DNA from: a virus
Lineage: Duplodnaviria > Heunggongvirae > Uroviricota > Caudoviricetes
Length of the DNA: 64,000 nucleotides
Virus record (IMG/VR): IMGVR_UViG_3300018481_000018
Location: 67,759-131,758 of that record
Direction: 5' to 3' (one strand)
Under the pieces are notes generated by a model. The model saw only the letters and a program-made list of their open reading frames with translations. It was not told the origin of the DNA and made no database searches. A program made the translations under genes and the position numbers. Shown one piece after another: positions 59,049 to 64,000 of this stretch (the stretch's first letter is position 1; each line of letters opens with the position of its first letter).

Positions 59049-59471
59049 ATGTCTGTCCGCGCGAAGTTCTTTGTTACCAGGCTGGTGAACCCCGAGGGTG
59101 CCACGGCCGCCGAAGTCGGTCTGACGCCCGTGTGTCGGGGTGTCGAGAACGCCCTGTGGTCTCAGGCCACTCCGTCCGGCTCGATCACGATGCATGTCAA
59201 GAACAACCCGGCCTTCGAGCAGTTCGAGCAAGGTGCCGAGTACGAGGTGACCTTCCGCAAGGTTGAGAAGCCCATGCCTGGTGACGGTCACCAGGTCAAG
59301 CCGGTCACCAACATGCACGGGTGGGACGTGTGCGAGATCTGTGGTGCTCACCTCGGTGCCAGTCACGCGCTGGTCGAGAGGGAGACCTGGCGAGCGGGGT
59401 ACGGCCCCGACAGTGAGGCGTACAAGAAGGCCCTGGTCATGCACGAGGAGACGTACGCCAAGGCTGAGTGA
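59049..59471 (+). CDS. hypothetical protein (140 aa)
   Basis: ORF track; SD CCAGGAGGTTGCGATC. Confidence 0.6.
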   Translation: MSVRAKFFVTRLVNPEGATAAEVGLTPVCRGVENALWSQATPSGSITMHVKNNPAFEQFEQGAEYEVTFRKVEKPMPGDGHQVKPVTNMHGWDVCEICGAHLGASHALVERETWRAGYGPDSEAYKKALVMHEETYAKAE

Positions 59472-59692
59472 GGTGTGGGGCCGGGCCCGGCTATCGCACT
59501 ACCCGCAAGCGGGCGGCTGTGCGCCGGTTCGCTCGAGGAAGAGTCCCGGCCCCCTTAACACCAGACACCTGTTGCTGGAAGGCACCAGTCGTGAAGAATC
59601 AGCACGCGCCGATCTTCACTTGTGTCCCCCGACGGTTGTCGGGTTGCGCCACAGGCTACTACGACACGACGGAGAATGAGGGTTTCAGACGC

Positions 59693-60523
59693 ATGTCTGG
59701 AATCTTGTGGCACCATTCCTTCATGGAGCAAGTGAAGCTCGAGCCTGAAGTGCTCGACAACGCGTGGGCCGACTACAAGCTCAAGGGCGATCTCTCAGCT
59801 CGCAACGACCTTGCTCTCCACTACGTATCGCTGGTACGCGTGGTCGCGTTCAAGATCGCTGCGCAGCTGCCGAAGATGGTCGACCGCGAGGACCTGATGT
59901 CGTACGGGCTCTTCGGGCTCCTCGACGCGATCGAGAAGTATGACTTCGACAAGCAGGTGAAGTTCGAGACCTACGCGGTCACCAGGATCCGAGGAAGCAT
60001 CTTCGACGAGATCCGGGGCCTGGACTGGGTGCCCCGAACCGTCAGGGCCAAGGCCAGGGACATCGAGCGAGCGGAAACCGAGCTTCATGCCAAGCTCGGC
60101 CGGCCGGCAGCGGATGCGGAGGTGGCGGCGCACCTGGGCGTGACGCTGATCGACCTCTGGCAGACCCAAGCCCTGGCAGATAACGGCGTCGTCAACAGCT
60201 ACTACGACGACATCGGGGAGGGTGGAGCCGATGGCAAGACGGTGAGCGAGCGGTTCGCCTACACGAAGGCGGCCTACGATCCGACAGCCAATCCCGAGGA
60301 TCTCTACGCATCGCAGGAGGTTTGCGAGCTCTTGGCCGAAGCGGTCGACATGCTCCCTCAGCGATCAAAGACCATCCTCGTCCTCTACTACCTCTACGAG
60401 ATGACCCTGGCCGAGATCGGCGACATCCTCGGGGTCACGGAAAGCCGCGTGTGTCAGCTACAGAGCAAGCTCCTTCAGACACTTCACGTGTCCCTCGCGG
60501 AGGGACTCGTGGCGGCAGCTTGA
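59693..60523 (+). CDS. sigma-70 family RNA polymerase sigma factor (FliA/WhiG-like)
   Basis: Region 2 YGLFGLLDAIEKYD..FETYAVTRIRGSIFDEIR; region 4 HTH LTLAEIGDILGVTESRVCQLQSKLL; ATG 59693 after GGAGAATGAGGG; ORF-track upstream 75 aa rejected. Confidence 0.75.
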   Translation: MSGILWHHSFMEQVKLEPEVLDNAWADYKLKGDLSARNDLALHYVSLVRVVAFKIAAQLPKMVDREDLMSYGLFGLLDAIEKYDFDKQVKFETYAVTRIRGSIFDEIRGLDWVPRTVRAKARDIERAETELHAKLGRPAADAEVAAHLGVTLIDLWQTQALADNGVVNSYYDDIGEGGADGKTVSERFAYTKAAYDPTANPEDLYASQEVCELLAEAVDMLPQRSKTILVLYYLYEMTLAEIGDILGVTESRVCQLQSKLLQTLHVSLAEGLVAAA

Positions 60524-60625
60524 GCTGCCCGCGCTGCACCACCCAGGACGCCTGCTCCTGGTACTGCCCGGTCCACGATCAGCACCACGTCGTGCCCAGC
60601 CTTGTTCAGGCTTGTCTCGAGCGCG

Positions 60626-60877
60626 CTACTGCGCCGCCTGCTTGATCGACTCGATGGCTTCGTCGATCTCGGCCTGGGAGACTCGCTTCTCAAGTCCGGG
60701 CATCGCGCCCCGGATCCTGTCGTAGTCGCCCTCCAGGACGGACTTCGAGAGCAGGGCTTTCTGGAACTCGCTCATCTTGATGCCCACGTCATCGAGAGCG
60801 GCCTGCATTGATTCGGCGTAGACGTCGAGGAACATAGCTTGCCGGCCGTGGTTGGGCTCGTTCCACCCGTCAGGCAT
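60626..60877 (-). CDS. hypothetical protein (83 aa)
   Basis: ORF track; high GC3. Confidence 0.5.
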   Translation of the reverse strand: MPDGWNEPNHGRQAMFLDVYAESMQAALDDVGIKMSEFQKALLSKSVLEGDYDRIRGAMPGLEKRVSQAEIDEAIESIKQAAQ

Positions 60878-61259
60878 GGCTGCGCCACAGGCAATCGTTG
60901 CAGGTGATCCCGTGGTCCCTCAGGGTCGCGGTGTGGCCAGGGTTGCCGTCGCGATGCCGGTCCCATTGATCAGGCGCGGAGAGTTTCTCGACCTTCTTAC
61001 GAGGCATGGCCTCGCGGATCGACTTCAGGGCCTGACTGATCTCTTCCTCGGTGGGGGGCTCGGGCCCGGGTTCGGACCCTAGCGTCCAGGGGATGTGAGC
61101 CGTGGTCGTCGTGGGCGCGATGGTCGTGTAGGTGAGGCTGTCGGTGTTGTTGGTGATCATGATCTGGGAGTTGTCGAGCGGGATCCACTGCGTGCCGTCC
61201 CAAACTCTCACCTGGCCGTTGTTAGCCAGCTGCATGTCGCCCGCGCTCTGCATCGTCAT
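60870..61259 (-). CDS. hypothetical protein (129 aa)
   Basis: ORF track. Confidence 0.55.
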   Translation of the reverse strand: MTMQSAGDMQLANNGQVRVWDGTQWIPLDNSQIMITNNTDSLTYTTIAPTTTTAHIPWTLGSEPGPEPPTEEEISQALKSIREAMPRKKVEKLSAPDQWDRHRDGNPGHTATLRDHGITCNDCLWRSHA

Positions 61260-61879
61260 GCCATCGCCCTCCTGATGGACTCCACCGCTGCCGCCTCTTC
61301 ATCGGCCGGCACGGGCGGTGGTTGCGCCGTGCCCAGCGAGTTCTCGACCACCTGGAAGCCGACGGACTCGAGACTCTGGTCGATCTCGATCACGTGGTCT
61401 CTCCACTCGGCCGTTCTTGCCGGCCGCGTCTCGGTCCAGCCATTGACCTCTTCGGGGGGGATGGTGATCGCGAGCGGCTTGAAGCGCTGGACGAGCAGGC
61501 GCGTCAGTACGTTCATCCAGTCCCTGAACGTCCCAGTGCTGGCTGTATGCGCCGTCAACGTCTCGTCAGTCACCGCGTAGATGGCGGCCTCCATGAAGTC
61601 TTGGTTCGTTCTTCGGCTCCGGATCTCGATTCGGAACTCGTCTCGTTGGAAGTCGCGCGTGACCGCGAACTCTGTCCTGACGCCGAAGGGGGCCAACTGT
61701 CCACGAACCAGGCTGTCCAGGCCCTGGCCCAAACGCTGGGCCACTTGTTCCTCGAGTGCGATCTCATTGGCCCTGGCGCTGACGATGCGGCCAGGTTCCC
61801 GCTCGGCCGCCATGCGAGCCTCGGCTCTCTTCAGGACTTCTGCAAGGCGGGATCCGTGAGAAGTGAGCTTGGCCGTCAT
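61256..61879 (-). CDS. hypothetical protein (~207 aa; ORF-track start 61918)
   Basis: ATG 61879 (MTAKLTSHG..); 61918 start lies inside the + oriented promoter motif. Confidence 0.5.
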   Translation of the reverse strand: MTAKLTSHGSRLAEVLKRAEARMAAEREPGRIVSARANEIALEEQVAQRLGQGLDSLVRGQLAPFGVRTEFAVTRDFQRDEFRIEIRSRRTNQDFMEAAIYAVTDETLTAHTASTGTFRDWMNVLTRLLVQRFKPLAITIPPEEVNGWTETRPARTAEWRDHVIEIDQSLESVGFQVVENSLGTAQPPPVPADEEAAAVESIRRAMA

Positions 61880-61904
61880 GGGCCAAGAGTAGTCCCGTGG
61901 CGTG

Positions 61905-61920
61905 TCGAAACCGAACATTG
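61905..61920 (+). promoter_or_regulatory. promoter-like motif GTCGAAACCGAACATTGAG
   Basis: CCGAACATT core 14 nt upstream of ATG 61934; divergent region. Confidence 0.45.
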
Positions 61921-61933
61921 AGATGCGATTGGC

Positions 61934-62227
61934 ATGATGTCGGTCGTGACAGCCAAGCCAGCCCGTCCGGATCGTTACGTCGTCGACCGAATGGGTACGT
62001 CAGACCCTGCGACGTCGGAGTACTTCGTCCTCGACATCGTGAACGACTGGCAGGCGCGTGAGGCGGTCGCCAGGTTGGGCAACATGTACAGGCAGCACGG
62101 CAAGGCGCAGTTGGCCGAAGAGTGCTTCGCTGCGCTCAAGGCGACCAACGATGCGCACGGCAAGATCATGGAGGCCCGGAACCCCCAAAGGAAGAAGGGC
62201 AGCAAGAAGGAAGTCGTGCACCCATAG
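61934..62227 (+). CDS. hypothetical protein (97 aa)
   Basis: ORF track. Confidence 0.5.
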   Translation: MMSVVTAKPARPDRYVVDRMGTSDPATSEYFVLDIVNDWQAREAVARLGNMYRQHGKAQLAEECFAALKATNDAHGKIMEARNPQRKKGSKKEVVHP

Positions 62228-62269
62228 GTGCCGATGACCGACCATGCGCGCGCGAGAGGAGGTGACAAC

Positions 62270-62563
62270 ATGAGCGATGACAAGAAGCAGGAAGAGGCCC
62301 CGTTCATCGACCCCAACAGCGGGGCGAGCATGCAGCCCGGTGCCTTCGTCTCAGGCCCAGCTCTGGCCGCCGAGGTGCCGGCGGCCGAAGAGCCGACCGA
62401 GCCGGATGCCGAGCCGGACGAGGACGAGGGTGAGTACTCCGAGCTCCTGAGCGGGACGGTGGGCGACGTCCAGGACTACCTGGAGGAGAACCCGGACGAG
62501 AGGGACGCTGTGGTCGCGGCCGAGAAGGCCGGCCAGAACCGCAAGGGGATCGTCGAGAGCTGA
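62270..62563 (+). CDS. hypothetical acidic protein (97 aa)
   Basis: ATG 62270 preceded by GAGAGGAGGTGACAAC; ORF track 62228..62563. Confidence 0.55.
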   Translation: MSDDKKQEEAPFIDPNSGASMQPGAFVSGPALAAEVPAAEEPTEPDAEPDEDEGEYSELLSGTVGDVQDYLEENPDERDAVVAAEKAGQNRKGIVES

Positions 62564-62574
62564 TTCTCCACAGA

Positions 62575-62627
62575 GTTAGGCCCCCTCTGTCGCCGGGCTG
62601 CAAGCGGGTGACGTGAGGGGGCCTAAC
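62575..62627. terminator. 13-bp perfect inverted repeat GTTAGGCCCCCTC..GAGGGGGCCTAAC (27-nt spacer) between convergent genes
   Basis: Seen in sequence; followed by direct repeats TGCTCGTTGC x2. Confidence 0.45.
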
Positions 62628-62728
62628 TGCGGCTGCTCGTTGCTCTCATGCGATGTTGCTCCTGCTCGTTGCGGTAAAAAGAACATCCGTCTGAAACAGG
62701 ATACCGAACATCTGTGTGCATGGAAAAG

Positions 62729-62956
62729 TCAGGCCAGTCTGGAGTCGAGCGTGAAGGTCGTGACAGTCGTCTCCCAGCGGCCACCCTCCCAGGCCACCTC
62801 GAGTTCCAGGTCGCCTTCGGGTAGGACGTAGTAGAAGTACCAGCACGGCTGGTCGTCGAGCTCTTCGATCTCGACGGGCCGCAGGTGTCCCAGGCCCTTG
62901 TGGTCCATGAACTGCTGCGCCACGCGCGCTTGGGGCGTGGTCGTGTCGATGTTCAA
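62729..62956 (-). CDS. hypothetical protein (75 aa)
   Basis: TTG 62956 overlapping upstream stop (TTGA), preceded by GAGGGGAAG. Confidence 0.45.
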   Translation of the reverse strand: MNIDTTTPQARVAQQFMDHKGLGHLRPVEIEELDDQPCWYFYYVLPEGDLELEVAWEGGRWETTVTTFTLDSRLA

Positions 62957-63291
62957 GACTTCCCCTCGCAGACATGGTTGGTGAGCAGTCCGCTGAGACT
63001 GTCCACTGTGGCTTCGGCGATGCGGAGCTTGTGGTTGAGCAACACCTTCTCGTCGATCGACTTAAACAGCTCCGCGTAGATCCCGCACATGCTTGGCACC
63101 AGGGCGGTCAGCATGCCTTCGTAGAGAACCGGGTCGAAGACGTAGTTATGGGTCTCCCAGAAGACCACCAGGGTCCGGATGTGCTTGAGCACGGCCTGTT
63201 CGAGGTTCTGGTCGTTCCTGCCCATCAGGTACTTGGCAGCCTCGGCCGGCAAGTGTGAGGCCACCTCCTCTAGCGGGGTGTCGGGCATCAT
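62953..63291 (-). CDS. hypothetical protein (112 aa)
   Basis: ATG 63291 overlaps upstream stop (ATGA); ORF track 62953..63321. Confidence 0.5.
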   Translation of the reverse strand: MMPDTPLEEVASHLPAEAAKYLMGRNDQNLEQAVLKHIRTLVVFWETHNYVFDPVLYEGMLTALVPSMCGIYAELFKSIDEKVLLNHKLRIAEATVDSLSGLLTNHVCEGKS

Positions 63292-63923
63292 CTGGCACCC
63301 CCAGGAAGCGCCTTCCACCATGCCTTGAGCATGATCCCCATCGCCTGCGCCGAGCCGTAGATGGTGATCGCCTCATCCAGGTATTCCGCCATCGCGATCC
63401 CTCCAAACGAGGTGGCTGCGTGAGCCTCTGGGTCACCATGCCTGGGCACGGTCATGAATCCGTTCGTCGGCAGCTTCTCTCCGCGCCGGAGTCGTCTGCC
63501 GCCCTCTAGTTTGCCGTGCGTCGGCTTCAATGACACGGACTTCTCGATCTTGTACTGGTACATCTGGACCTTGAGCCAGCTGTAGTCGTTGTCGTCCAGG
63601 ATCTCCAACGCGGCCTTGATCGCGGACTGAAGGTTCACCTGGGGCTCGAGCTTCTTCAGCTGATTCGTCGCCAACTCGAGCTTGTTCTCGGCCACGATGA
63701 GGTCGGCCCTGACGTCATCGAAGCGCGCCATCAGCTGGCACATCGGGCACTTCACCTGATCGTCCGCAGCGATGTAGTAGTCGATGGCGTGGGTCTCGCA
63801 GCGGTGTTTCTTGCCGTAGTCGGAGTCCTGGCTCAGGAGCTCGGTCTGGACTGGCGTGGCGCGGACGCGGGTGGCCCCACGCTTGTTGACCAAGCGCGCC
63901 TGTGGCGGTTGGTACTTCGCCAC
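63288..63923 (-). CDS. hypothetical protein with CxxC and coiled coil (211 aa)
   Basis: GTG 63923 immediately after upstream TGA; ORF track. Confidence 0.55.
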   Translation of the reverse strand: MAKYQPPQARLVNKRGATRVRATPVQTELLSQDSDYGKKHRCETHAIDYYIAADDQVKCPMCQLMARFDDVRADLIVAENKLELATNQLKKLEPQVNLQSAIKAALEILDDNDYSWLKVQMYQYKIEKSVSLKPTHGKLEGGRRLRRGEKLPTNGFMTVPRHGDPEAHAATSFGGIAMAEYLDEAITIYGSAQAMGIMLKAWWKALPGGAR

Positions 63924-64000
63924 TCAGTGCCCTTCCATCAGGTCGTTGTAGTTGAACTTCGTGCCGAGCGCGTCTTTGATGCTGATGCGCTCGGTGGTGT
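63924..64000 (-). CDS. hypothetical protein, 3' end only (..TTERISIKDALGTKFNYNDLMEGH*)
   Basis: Open frame from right edge to TGA at 63926..63924. Confidence 0.4.
   Translation of the reverse strand, partial: TTERISIKDALGTKFNYNDLMEGH

Noticed and set aside
58783-59088. 101-aa plus ORF between EEP gene and gene 59049
   Set aside because: It would read straight through a strong intrinsic terminator hairpin and U-tract and overlaps the start of the next gene. There is no RBS. The region is treated as a candidate non-coding RNA.
62701-62714. Promoter-like motif ACCGAACATCTG on plus strand
   Set aside because: There is no plus-strand gene downstream (the window continues with minus-strand genes), so it is not listed as a promoter. 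It is noted only as a possible antisense promoter in a finding.
1-64000. CRISPR arrays, rRNA genes, transposase/IS elements, integrase, virion structural genes
   Set aside because: Searched by eye for direct-repeat/spacer periodicity, rRNA-like conserved blocks, DDE/tyrosine-recombinase motifs and large capsid/terminase/portal-sized ORFs, and none were found. The only periodic repeats are the 7-bp TCACGCG arrays and the coding GEGQ repeats.

Overview
The window is GC-rich (~66-68%) actinobacterial-type DNA, densely packed with short, translationally coupled genes, and almost certainly the non-structural region of a large actinobacteriophage or prophage. Start/stop overlaps of the ATGA/GTGA/TGATG kind and AAGGAGG-like ribosome-binding sites (CCTCCTTGG on the + strand) recur throughout. 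No virion, packaging, lysis or integrase gene is recognisable. Positions 1-50398 carry about 110 leftward (-) genes, 50430-60523 carry rightward (+) genes including three tRNAs, and short divergent blocks follow to the right edge.

Recognisable products:
- HNH endonuclease (2586-3062).
- WGR-domain protein (13066-13629).
- von Willebrand A protein (15983-17743) and MoxR-type AAA+ ATPase (19141-20400), in one leftward (-) gene run.
- ATP-dependent DNA ligase (26095-26904) and a Ku homologue (27355-28203) in one coupled operon, which together would form a self-contained non-homologous end-joining pair.
- A candidate small SAM-methyltransferase (30072-30617).
- A block of lipoprotein, membrane and secreted proteins (30799-36148).
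- A ribosomal L7/L12 C-terminal-domain-like protein (37255-37623).
- A lysine-rich histone-H1-like protein (45886-46503).
- On the + strand: a dual-specificity phosphatase, MazG, a J-domain-like protein, an exonuclease/endonuclease/phosphatase-fold protein and a FliA/WhiG-type sigma factor.

The non-coding signals are the most striking part:
- A promoter-like motif (consensus CAATCCGAACATT, written in the direction of the downstream gene) about a dozen times, including in front of the tRNA cluster and embedded in a coding 3' end ahead of the Ku operon.
- A second family of three ~90-bp elements carrying 7-bp tandem TCACGCG repeats that each overlap the stop codon of the gene to their right.
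- A third family of imperfect palindromes (TTCnGACG-GG-CGTCTGAA) about 25-150 nt upstream of (to the right of) five leftward (-) operon starts.
- A D-arm-less tRNA-like fragment (48052-48104) beside a 520-bp repeat-rich non-coding region; together these are candidates for an attP core or origin.
- A promoter-plus-terminator-bounded ~230-nt candidate small RNA (58710-58962).
- An apparent -1 frameshift or indel splitting a gene at 11339-11823.

Functional calls rest on motif recognition only; no database searches were run.
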